Positions 11,370 to 20,131 of a DNA stretch of 64,000 bases are shown here, in pieces. The stretch comes from Chthonomonadales bacterium (lineage in GTDB: Bacteria > Armatimonadota > Chthonomonadetes > Chthonomonadales > CAJBBX01), in contig JBBIPC010000015.1 of NCBI GenBank assembly GCA_037443035.1, forward strand, positions 30,887-94,886, in the 5' to 3' direction. The notes under the pieces are model-generated. The model saw only the letters and a list, made by a program, of their open reading frames with translations, was not told where the DNA came from and made no database searches. Both the position numbers and the translations under genes were made by a program. Every line of letters starts with the position of its first letter. Position 1 is the first letter of the stretch.

Positions 11370-12422
11370 ATGAAAGCAATGATCCTCGCGGCCGGCGTGG
11401 GATCTCGGTTGCATCCTTTGACCCACACCATGCCGAAGCCTCTCGTACCCATTGTCAACCGACCCGTCATGGAGCACATTATCGGCCTGCTGCGTCGGCA
11501 TGGGTTCACCGACATCATCGTGAACGTCTACCATCTTGCCGACCAGATCACGGCTTATTTCGGGGATGGAAGCCACTTTGGCGTCAAGATTACCTACGCC
11601 GAGGAGGACCGCCTATGGGGCGATGCTGGCAGCGTCAAACGATGCGAGGAGTTCTTCGGCAACGAAACATTCCTCGTCATCGGCGGCGACGACCTGGCTG
11701 ACATAGACCTGACCCGCTTCCTCGAGAACCACCGGCAGAAGAAGGCCCTCGCCTCCATAGCGCTGTCGCTTGTGGATGATCCCGCCGAGTACGGCATCGT
11801 GCTCATCAACGAGGAAGGACGCATCACCCGATTCCTGGAGAAGCCCAGGGGAGAGATCATCTTCTCCAACACTGCGAATACCGGCATCTACCTCTTCGAA
11901 CCGGAGGCGCTGGACCTCATCCCGCGCAACACGTTCTATCTCTTCGGCAAGACCTTCTTCCCCCTCATGCTCGAGCAGAAGCGACCCATCTACGGCTATC
12001 TCACTGCGGGGTATTGGATGGACGTTGGGAACCTTTCGATGTATCTCCAGGCACACCTGGATGCATTGGCCGGCAAAGTACGGCTGGACTTCCCCGCTCC
12101 GGAGCGACGGAAGTACCAGTGGATCTCCGAAACCGCGGTCATCGAACCCTCGGCCAGCATCGAATACCCAGTGGTTATCGGCGATGGCTGTCGCATCGAG
12201 TCCGGCGCCGCTGTACGCGAGAACACCGTGTTGGGTCCGGGATGCATCGTCTCCTCCGGGGCTGTGGTGCGGGAGTCGGTCTTGTGGGAGAATGCGCACG
12301 TCCAGGAGGACACGCGGCTGGTCCGCTGCGTTGTCGGTACCGGCTGCAAGGTCCGATCCAACGCCGCGATCTTCGACGGTGTCCTCGTGGACCTGAGCGC
12401 TGTCAAAGATAACGGGGTGTGA
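11370..12422 (+). CDS. NDP-sugar synthase (mannose-1-phosphate guanylyltransferase-like) with left-handed beta-helix tail
   Basis: MKAMILAAGVGSRLHPLT..PKP, FLEKP, ANTGIY, YWMDVG, C-terminal hexapeptide repeats. Confidence 0.88.
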   Translation: MKAMILAAGVGSRLHPLTHTMPKPLVPIVNRPVMEHIIGLLRRHGFTDIIVNVYHLADQITAYFGDGSHFGVKITYAEEDRLWGDAGSVKRCEEFFGNETFLVIGGDDLADIDLTRFLENHRQKKALASIALSLVDDPAEYGIVLINEEGRITRFLEKPRGEIIFSNTANTGIYLFEPEALDLIPRNTFYLFGKTFFPLMLEQKRPIYGYLTAGYWMDVGNLSMYLQAHLDALAGKVRLDFPAPERRKYQWISETAVIEPSASIEYPVVIGDGCRIESGAAVRENTVLGPGCIVSSGAVVRESVLWENAHVQEDTRLVRCVVGTGCKVRSNAAIFDGVLVDLSAVKDNGV

Positions 12423-12425
12423 ACC

Positions 12426-13484
12426 ATGGCGAACGTTTTCGGGCGCATGCTGACGAAGCAGGACATCCTGTCCCGAGTTGGCGACATTTCTCAACTGGCG
12501 AGGGTCAAGCTGCACCGCCTTGCAGATGGGTACGAAGACGGGGTTCTCGCGGCCGACGTCGTGACTGGAAGTGGTCTCCAGTTCACTGTCTTGCCATCCC
12601 GTGGGTTGGACATCTCCTCAGCGTCTTTCCGTGGCCGCGCTTTGGCCTGGCGATCGGCGCAGACGGACCGGCATCCTGCCTACTATGAGCCGCAAGGACT
12701 GGGCTGGCTCAGGAGCTTCCCTGGCGGGCTTGTCACAACGTGCGGCCTGACGTGGATGGGCGCGCCGAACGTGGATGAGGGGGTCGAGCTCGGCCTCCAC
12801 GGGCGATTCAGCAACACCCCGGCGACTGGTGTGAGCGCGCGTGGCGAGTGGGACGGTGACGACTATCGCATGACCATCGAGGGTTCCGTGCGTGAGGCTG
12901 TCGTCTTCGGGGAGAACGTGCTGCTGCATCGCAGGATCACCACCGCGCTAGGGGCCACGAGCTTCCGCATCGAGGACCGCGTGACCAACGAAGGCTTCCT
13001 CCGAGCGCCCCACATGCTTCTCTATCACGTGAACCTCGGCTATCCGGTGGTGGATGAAGGATCGCGGATCGTCGTGCCAGCCTGCGCAACGCAGCCGCGG
13101 GACGCAGAGGCTGCTGCTGGTGCCGAGGATTGGATGCGCATTCACACGCCTGTCGTGGGCTACCGGGAGAAAGTCTACTTCCATACCGTGGAAGCGTCTG
13201 CCGATGGCACCGCCATGGCGGCAGTCGTGAATCCGAATCTGGACGGTGGCATGGCCGTGTACGTCCGATACCGGCCCGACCAGTTGCCGTGCTTCGTCCA
13301 GTGGAAGATGCTCGGAGCGGGCACCTACGTCATCGGCCTGGAGCCGGCCAATGCCCTCGTCATGGGGCGTTCGGTAGAACGGGAGGCTGGCCGCCTGCAA
13401 TACCTAGAACCCGGCGAGTCCCGCACATATGAACTGGAGCTCGGCGTCCTGACTGGCGAGGAACTGAGTCCGTACCTTCAGTAG
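12426..13484 (+). CDS. Aldose 1-epimerase-like protein (DUF4432)
   Basis: RGLDI, GGLVTTCGL, LHGRFSNTPA, LYHVNLGYP, YVIGLEP. Confidence 0.82.
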   Translation: MANVFGRMLTKQDILSRVGDISQLARVKLHRLADGYEDGVLAADVVTGSGLQFTVLPSRGLDISSASFRGRALAWRSAQTDRHPAYYEPQGLGWLRSFPGGLVTTCGLTWMGAPNVDEGVELGLHGRFSNTPATGVSARGEWDGDDYRMTIEGSVREAVVFGENVLLHRRITTALGATSFRIEDRVTNEGFLRAPHMLLYHVNLGYPVVDEGSRIVVPACATQPRDAEAAAGAEDWMRIHTPVVGYREKVYFHTVEASADGTAMAAVVNPNLDGGMAVYVRYRPDQLPCFVQWKMLGAGTYVIGLEPANALVMGRSVEREAGRLQYLEPGESRTYELELGVLTGEELSPYLQ

Positions 13485-13535
13485 AGCCGCTGGAGCACGG
13501 TGTGGGCCAGGCGTTGCGAGTGCCTGACCTGGGGC

Positions 13536-14471
13536 CTAGCCCTTCGTAGCCCAACGGAAGAGCTGCCTTGCCGTTCGAGCGCTGCGGCTGATGGCCTCGA
13601 CAGCCCCCAGCGTAGCGGGCGTTCCTTGCTCCACCGCTTGCTCCAGAACGAGATGCGGGCGTACTCGGACACGACGTAGTTCCGAGACGATAGCCGTCCA
13701 GTCCAGGTCCCCGTCACCGAACACCTCCGACCAGATACCGCCTCGCGACTGGCGAATATGGACCTCGACGATCCGCTTCCCGTAGAGCTTGATGAAGTCG
13801 AAGACCGCAACGGAAGAGTTGCCCGAGCCTCGGTAGATCCAATGGGCGTCGAGGCACAGCTTGACATATCGCGGATCTGTGCCGCACATCATGTGGTGCA
13901 GTTCCCGAGCGGCCTGCCGGAGCTCCATGTCGTGATTGTGGTACGCCAGCTTCAACCCTCGCGCCTCCAGGGCCTTTCCCAACGTATTCAAGGCGTTCGC
14001 CTGGGTTTCCAGCTCGGCGTCGGATTTGTCCAGTGGCGCTCCCCACTGGATCGGGTTGGGGTTGGTGACAAGTATGCGCGTGCCATATCGGCGTGCACGA
14101 TCGGCAATGGCTAGGACCCGCTCGATGCTCTGCTGTGCCTCCGGCATGCGGTGCAACGTCGTGTTGACATACGCCGACCGCATCTGAAGACCTGCTTTGC
14201 GGAGAGCGCTGCCGAACCGATCGGCATCTTCCGGCGACTCGAGGATGGGCTCCAGGCCATCGAGGCCACACGCGGCTAGCTCCTGGAGGTCCGCATCGAG
14301 ATCCGCGCCGAACTGCTTCCCCTCGCGACCATAGTACACTTGGAGCATGTAGACGTTACCGCTCAGGTGCGGTTGGGTAGGCGCATGAGGCTGGGACATG
14401 CCTTCCCCCCTTGCTGCAAGACAGATTGCGATGGCGAGTGTTGTCATGAGAGCACGCAGCATGCTATGCAT
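13536..14471 (-). CDS. Exported sugar phosphate isomerase/epimerase (xylose isomerase-like TIM barrel)
   Basis: Signal-peptide-like N-terminus; LAYHNHDME, CLDAHW, EVHIRQ, FGDGDLDW, LVLEQ. Confidence 0.8.
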   Translation of the reverse strand: MHSMLRALMTTLAIAICLAARGEGMSQPHAPTQPHLSGNVYMLQVYYGREGKQFGADLDADLQELAACGLDGLEPILESPEDADRFGSALRKAGLQMRSAYVNTTLHRMPEAQQSIERVLAIADRARRYGTRILVTNPNPIQWGAPLDKSDAELETQANALNTLGKALEARGLKLAYHNHDMELRQAARELHHMMCGTDPRYVKLCLDAHWIYRGSGNSSVAVFDFIKLYGKRIVEVHIRQSRGGIWSEVFGDGDLDWTAIVSELRRVRVRPHLVLEQAVEQGTPATLGAVEAISRSARTARQLFRWATKG

Positions 14472-14641
14472 TTCGACACCGCGCCCGTGCCGTCCTGCGT
14501 GACGAACTGCTCGAGAAGCCCCATGCTCCAGTGTGCTCAGAAGGGCAGGACCTACCCTTGGTCACGCAGAAAGCTCAGTGGAAAACCGAACCACGTCTCG
14601 GTGTTCCATTGCGCAAGGACTACCTGAGGAGCAGGGAAAGC

Positions 14642-17038
14642 ATGAAAGATCTCATCCTGGGCGATTGGACGTCCGCAACGCGCAAGCACACGGTTGCAGC
14701 CTGGGGCATCGACCTCGGCACGACGAACTCCGTTCTCGCCGAGGCTGTGTGGCAACCTGGTGACGAACGGCCCGCCTGCAGACTGGTGGACATTACCCAG
14801 CCGACAAAGGACGGTGAGTTCACCAGTCCCCTCGTCCCATCCGTTGTGGCCCTGCGTCCCGAAGGACGTCACTGGGTCGGCGAAGGTGCCAAGAGGTTGC
14901 GCGCACGACCGACCGAAGAGTCGCTCGTCGTCGAGCGGTCGGTGTTCTTCAACACGAAGAATGACATGGGTTTGGCGAAGACCTACTACCGGGCCCCTGA
15001 AGGCTATCGCACCGCGGCCAATATCGCTTCCCATATCCTGCGCTTCATGAGAGAGGAGGCGGAGCTGAGCACGCTCGCCGCACCTTCCATGGCCGTGGTA
15101 ACGGTGCCAGCGTCGTTCCTGCCGAACCAGCGAGAGGATACTCTGGTGGCAGCCCGGGAAGCAGGCCTACCCTTGGCGCCTCAACCCCTCATGGACGAGC
15201 CCACTGCTGCCCTCGTCTGCTACCTCATGGAGCACGCGACAGATTCAGTGCTCGAAACGGACAGACCGTCCAACGTACTCGTGTTCGATTTCGGCGGCGG
15301 TACTTGCGACGTCACGGTGGCCGTCGTCCAACCTGCTTCCGAATCGAAAGGTCTCAGAGTCTCGACCCGCGCCGTCTCGCGGTACACACGGCTCGGAGGT
15401 GGCGACCTGGATGCGGCCATCGTCCACGAGCGTCTGATCCCCGATCTCTGTCGCGATAACAACGTGGATCCGCAATCTCTTTCTTGGGCGGCCCGGAAAA
15501 AGGTGCTGGAACCCCAGTTGCTGGGCACAGCCGAAGGATTGAAGATAGCCCTCTGTAACGAGATAGACCGTCTCATGAAGTTCGGTAAGTACACATCCAG
15601 CGCAGCGGCCGACCTCGAAGCGCATCAGCCGGCCATCGAATGCCGGCTGCAAGGCAAGACCTTGATTCTGCGCAGGCCGACGCTTACGGCGGCTCAGTGG
15701 GAGGAGATTCTGGCCCCGTTCCTCGACACCCAAGACCTCTTCGCACGCGATACCGAGTACCGGCTCATTCAGTCGGTGTTCGCTCCCATCGAGGATGCCC
15801 TGGAACGTGCTGATTTGCATGCGGAGGCTGTGGACCTATGCCTCCTCGTGGGAGGTAGCTCCCTCATTCCGCAACTCCGTGTTGCTCTGGAGCGCTACTT
15901 GAGCGGTGCCACCATCCTCACATATCCCGATGCCATGGCAGTTCAGGCAGCGGTAGCCATGGGAGCCGCCTGGGAAGCGTTGCACATGGCGCTCACGAAT
16001 CGCCGGATGATTCAACCCACCATGGCCGATGGGCTGAGCCTCCGAACGCTCCAGGACGCGCTGATACCGCTCATCCCTGAGGGCGCACCGCTCCCCTATC
16101 CACCGGACGGATCGTGGGTCGAGCCTCGCGCGCAGCTGTATGTGCCGCCGGGTGGTGAACAGCAGCTAGAGATGAGCGTTGTTGCGCACCGGAGCGGCCA
16201 GACCGTCTTCCGAAAGATTTGGCGACTGCCCCGAGGCACGAAGGCCGGTGATCAGATCGTCGTGCGAGCACGGATGGCCGCCGACCAGGAGTTCGAATGT
16301 AATGCGTTTCTGGAGAATCAGCCGGAGGCGCTCTTCGAAGCCTACACATCCAATCCCGTGATCAACGTCGCTTCTCCCCATCCCGCCCGTTTGCGCATCG
16401 AGCAGATCGAACAGGAACTTCGCGACAAAGATGGGGGCACCGAGGCCGACTATGCCCGCTTCGTCGAGCTGGCTCGTTCTTACGCTGAGATCGGACATCG
16501 GGAGCACGCCATTGACGTATTGAACACACTGCTGCGCAAACTCAATCGTCCCGATGGTTTCGTCCTGAATCTGAGAGGCATTTGGTATGGCGAGATCGGT
16601 GACTACGAGCGGCAGGAGCGGGACTACCGCGAGAGCGCCGAGCTTCTTCCCGGCTTTGACGTCCCGTTGTTCAATCTTGCGCTGAGCCTGGAACGCCGCG
16701 GGAAACTGAACGAAGCGCTACAGACGGTACGCGAAGCGCTCCGGCGCAATTCGCAGTCCGGACCCGCTAGGACACTCGAGGGACGTATGCTGACGGCCAT
16801 GGGCGACGTGACCGGTGGCAGAGAGGCGCTAGAAGCTGCCCGGAAGCTCTATGGTCCGCCCGAGATGTTGGACGATTGGGAGTTGGGCTGGTGCGCCGCG
16901 TGTGCGCGGATGCTCCAGGACGAGAAGCTCCTAGCTGCGGTCGAGGCAGAACGTCGGCAGCGGAGCAAGGCGCCTGAGTCCGTCGAATCTGCCGAGGCAC
17001 TGCGGCCGGAAGTACGCCCGATCGAGATGCGTGACTGA
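14642..17038 (+). CDS. Atypical Hsp70-family ATPase with C-terminal TPR repeats (798 aa)
   Basis: GIDLGTTNS, TVPASF, DEPTAA, FDFGGGTCDVT, LGGGDLD, LVGGSSLIP, AVAMGAA; about four 34-aa TPR-like units at the C-terminus; AGGAG and AGGGAAAG upstream of ATG 14642. Confidence 0.9.
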   Translation: MKDLILGDWTSATRKHTVAAWGIDLGTTNSVLAEAVWQPGDERPACRLVDITQPTKDGEFTSPLVPSVVALRPEGRHWVGEGAKRLRARPTEESLVVERSVFFNTKNDMGLAKTYYRAPEGYRTAANIASHILRFMREEAELSTLAAPSMAVVTVPASFLPNQREDTLVAAREAGLPLAPQPLMDEPTAALVCYLMEHATDSVLETDRPSNVLVFDFGGGTCDVTVAVVQPASESKGLRVSTRAVSRYTRLGGGDLDAAIVHERLIPDLCRDNNVDPQSLSWAARKKVLEPQLLGTAEGLKIALCNEIDRLMKFGKYTSSAAADLEAHQPAIECRLQGKTLILRRPTLTAAQWEEILAPFLDTQDLFARDTEYRLIQSVFAPIEDALERADLHAEAVDLCLLVGGSSLIPQLRVALERYLSGATILTYPDAMAVQAAVAMGAAWEALHMALTNRRMIQPTMADGLSLRTLQDALIPLIPEGAPLPYPPDGSWVEPRAQLYVPPGGEQQLEMSVVAHRSGQTVFRKIWRLPRGTKAGDQIVVRARMAADQEFECNAFLENQPEALFEAYTSNPVINVASPHPARLRIEQIEQELRDKDGGTEADYARFVELARSYAEIGHREHAIDVLNTLLRKLNRPDGFVLNLRGIWYGEIGDYERQERDYRESAELLPGFDVPLFNLALSLERRGKLNEALQTVREALRRNSQSGPARTLEGRMLTAMGDVTGGREALEAARKLYGPPEMLDDWELGWCAACARMLQDEKLLAAVEAERRQRSKAPESVESAEALRPEVRPIEMRD

Positions 17039-17040
17039 AC

Positions 17041-18267
17041 GTGTTCCTGGTTCCCCGACAAGACCTGACACCCGAACAGTTGCGTGTCGTCGAACTGCCG
17101 ACGGACAGCCACAAGCTCATACTGGGCCCGCCCGGCTCCGGCAAGACCGTGCTTCTCGTCCATCGGGCTGCCTATCTCATGGCCAGGCAACGGGTGCCAC
17201 CTGAGCGCTTTCGTGTGCTTGTGTTCACCAACGCTCTCAAAGAGTACATTCGATCCGGCGTGGATTTTCTCGGGCTTCCGATTCGATCGGTCTCGACCTT
17301 CGACAGTTGGTGCAGAGAACTCCAAAGGCAGTTTGTCCGTGGTTTCGCAGGGGACAGCTCGGACCCGAACTACTTCGAGACGGTGCGCTCGGCCGTCTTG
17401 GAAAGCATCCAGAGCAGCCACACCCCCCCGATCCTGGATTTCGCCATGGTTGATGAGGGGCAGGACCTGACGGCCACGGCCTATAGCATCCTGCGCATCA
17501 TGTGCAAGCACGTGACGGTGTTTGCCGACCCGCACCAGCGGATCTTCGACGGCGTGCACAGCGAGGAGGACATTCTGAGCGAACTCGGTATACGCAGGCG
17601 GAGCGTGGCGTTGCTAAGTGCGTACAGGAATTCCCCCGACGTTGCGGCTCTGGCCTCGTGGTTCCTGCCCGATCTCGTCAGCCGCTCGAACTACCTGGCG
17701 CAGGCTCGGAATCTCGGACGAGAAAGGGAGCGGCCCCTTCTATACCTGGCGCCCGATAACGATAGCGAGATGGACAGACTCGCCCAGAGCATTCGGCAGC
17801 GGCTCTCCATGAATCAGCGCGTGGGGATCATTGTGCCTCGGACTGCTGACGTCCACGGTGTTTCCAGCGCGCTCCACGAGCGCGGCATAGCCGTCGAGAA
17901 GGTGCTGCCACCCTCCAAGGCCGTGGGTGGCGGTAATCCGCCCGACTTCGGCTCGTCCACCCCGAAGATAGTCACCTACCACAGCGCCAAGGGGTTGACG
18001 TTCGACACTGTATTCCTGCCCTGTCTCGTACGTGGCGCATTCGCCAGTGACGATCCCGAGACCATCCGACGGCTGATCTTCGTCGGTGTTGCACGGGCTA
18101 CCCAGTGGGTATGCTTCACGTCCATCGAGGGAATGGAGTTGCCTGAGCTGCAGGTTCTCTACGACGCAGAGAGGGACAAGCAGGTGATCATCCAGCGCGG
18201 GAGGCCGGCGCCATTTGCGCAAAGTGACAGCACCCACGTCTTCGATGATGAGGCGGATATTCTCTAA
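17041..18267 (+). CDS. Compact UvrD/Rep-like superfamily 1 helicase (408 aa)
   Basis: LTPEQ (Q motif), GPPGSGKT, VFTNAL, TFDSWC, VDEGQDL, ADPHQRIF, YRNS, TYHSAKGLTFDTV, FVGVARA; 2 nt after the Hsp70 stop. Confidence 0.9.
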   Translation: MFLVPRQDLTPEQLRVVELPTDSHKLILGPPGSGKTVLLVHRAAYLMARQRVPPERFRVLVFTNALKEYIRSGVDFLGLPIRSVSTFDSWCRELQRQFVRGFAGDSSDPNYFETVRSAVLESIQSSHTPPILDFAMVDEGQDLTATAYSILRIMCKHVTVFADPHQRIFDGVHSEEDILSELGIRRRSVALLSAYRNSPDVAALASWFLPDLVSRSNYLAQARNLGRERERPLLYLAPDNDSEMDRLAQSIRQRLSMNQRVGIIVPRTADVHGVSSALHERGIAVEKVLPPSKAVGGGNPPDFGSSTPKIVTYHSAKGLTFDTVFLPCLVRGAFASDDPETIRRLIFVGVARATQWVCFTSIEGMELPELQVLYDAERDKQVIIQRGRPAPFAQSDSTHVFDDEADIL

Positions 18268-18339
18268 GGAGCGTGTCCAGGCCGTCTTCTGGGATACAGC
18301 GCCTCTGCGCCTGCCACCCCTGGGTGGGTCGTTCACCGG

Positions 18340-18368
18340 TTGACGGATACGAGCTGGGAGTGTATTAT
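18340..18368 (+). promoter_or_regulatory. Sigma70-type promoter of the DUF2961 gene
   Basis: TTGACG (18340-18345), 17 nt, TATTAT (18363-18368). Confidence 0.65.
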
Positions 18369-18409
18369 GCACTGACGTAGCTCTTGCCGCCATCCTGGGG
18401 AGACAGTGC

Positions 18410-20071
18410 ATGCCAATGGATCGTTGTTTCTTGGATTCCCTCTACCGCCCAACTACCGCCCGCAATCGCCGTGTTTCCAGTAACGAGCAGCCCAACTGGA
18501 ACGACGGTAATATGGACATGACCTGGCTGCAGCCTGGAGAGACGCTGGAAATGCCGGTGCTGACAGGGCCAGGAATCGTGCGTCATGTGTGGCTGACAAG
18601 TCATGCAGGCGGCGTAGGCGAGCTGGATTCGCTCAGTCTGCGAATCTACTGGGACGGCAGCGCTACGCCTTCGGTGGAGGTTCCGCTGGGCATGTTCTTC
18701 GCTGTGGGGCAGGGGAGGCCGGCGCCAGTGGAGAGTCTGCCTGTACAGGTCAGCCCCACGGGGAGCCTCACCTGTTACTGGCCCATGCCGTTCCACGCTG
18801 AAGCACGTTTCACCGTCACGAACGACAACCCTGACAGAGGTACCGGTCTTTATTGGCAGGTGGACTGGGAGCAGGTGGATACATTGCCGAAGGACGTCCT
18901 CTACTTCCATGCCCGGTACCGGCAGGAGTTCCCTACCGTCATGGGCCGCGATTACCTTATCGCCGACCTGAACGGACACGGCAAGTACGTCGGTACGGTG
19001 CTTGGCGTGACGCTGGCCCAGGACGGGTGGTTCGGCGAGGGCGACGACTTCTTCTACATTGACGGAGAAGAGGTACCGAGTCTGCAAGGCACGGGCACCG
19101 AGGATTACTTCAATGACGCCTGGGGTTTCAGGCCGCGTACGGGTGCATGGTTCGGTCAGCCTCGCTGGGAAGGCTACGAGGCAGGCGATGCTGGCATCTG
19201 CTATCGCTGGCATGTGCTGGACCCCGTCCACTTTCGCCAATCGCTGCGCGTTACCATGGAGCATAAGGGAAACCTGCCTCGTTCGGAGGATGGCTTTTTC
19301 CTGGAGCGACCCGACTATTACCAGAGCATCGCCTACTGGTACCAGGAGGGCATCGCGCCACTAACGGAACCTCTACCCGGCTGGCCGGACCGCAATCCGC
19401 CCTGGGCCACCCATCACCTGCTGCAATCGTTCGGCGCGACCAAGGTCATCGGTGAAGTGAAGCCTCGCATCGTGTGCGAGGGGATGTTCGGTGGCAGGCC
19501 TCTGCTGGAATGGCCGAACGCCGCTTCGGGAGCCATCCTTACCATGCCGTTCGTGGTACCGGCGACGGATCGGTACGCAGTCCGATTGGTAGGCTGGGCT
19601 GCGCCGGACAACGGTGCCTATGACATCGAGATGGATGGCTCCGTCGTAGCCCACGCGGCGAGCTTTCGGTCAGATGGGATCGAGGAGAAGGTCGTGTCGC
19701 TGGGCACCCACGTCCTCGAAGGAGGCGTTCACGCCCTTGCATTCCGCGCTCTGGACGCACCTAGAGGACCGCTGCAGGTCGAAACACTGCGCCTCCTCCA
19801 GCTTCCGGCCGAAGCCACCAGACCTAGCAAGGGACCGAACGAAGCGCATTTCATTCGGCTGGGAATCGGTCGGGCGCTTTACGCGTACCGGCTTGCGTAT
19901 GGGGACTTGCCTGAATCGCTCGAGGAACTTGTCGAGGCGAAGATCATGGATGAACGCTATCTGAGCGACGAAAATGGTCTACCGCTGGAGGCGCATAGAG
20001 ATGGAGATGCCATGGTCGTCCGCGCGAGCGGTTGGGTGCAGCGATGGCGAGGTCTGGACCCTAGGCGGTAA
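18410..20071 (+). CDS. DUF2961 / GH172 family glycoside hydrolase with C-terminal extra domains
   Basis: GPGIVRHVWLT, LRIYWDG..PSVEVPLG, CYWPMPF, YFHARYR, WFGEGDD, GTGTEDYFNDAWGF, YRWHVLDPVHF. Confidence 0.87.
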   Translation: MPMDRCFLDSLYRPTTARNRRVSSNEQPNWNDGNMDMTWLQPGETLEMPVLTGPGIVRHVWLTSHAGGVGELDSLSLRIYWDGSATPSVEVPLGMFFAVGQGRPAPVESLPVQVSPTGSLTCYWPMPFHAEARFTVTNDNPDRGTGLYWQVDWEQVDTLPKDVLYFHARYRQEFPTVMGRDYLIADLNGHGKYVGTVLGVTLAQDGWFGEGDDFFYIDGEEVPSLQGTGTEDYFNDAWGFRPRTGAWFGQPRWEGYEAGDAGICYRWHVLDPVHFRQSLRVTMEHKGNLPRSEDGFFLERPDYYQSIAYWYQEGIAPLTEPLPGWPDRNPPWATHHLLQSFGATKVIGEVKPRIVCEGMFGGRPLLEWPNAASGAILTMPFVVPATDRYAVRLVGWAAPDNGAYDIEMDGSVVAHAASFRSDGIEEKVVSLGTHVLEGGVHALAFRALDAPRGPLQVETLRLLQLPAEATRPSKGPNEAHFIRLGIGRALYAYRLAYGDLPESLEELVEAKIMDERYLSDENGLPLEAHRDGDAMVVRASGWVQRWRGLDPRR

Positions 20072-20131
20072 GCACTGGCAGGTGTTCGGGGAAGATGTCA
20101 TGGGGTACCGCAGGATCAGACACCAGGTGAA

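Noticed and set aside
14642..17038. Calling this gene dnaK
   Set aside because: No canonical linker or substrate-binding domain, a TPR tail, and no grpE, dnaJ, hrcA or CIRCE context
17041..18267. Calling this gene uvrD/pcrA or Gabija gajB
   Set aside because: Too short for the housekeeping helicase, and no adjacent OLD/TOPRIM nuclease (GajA)
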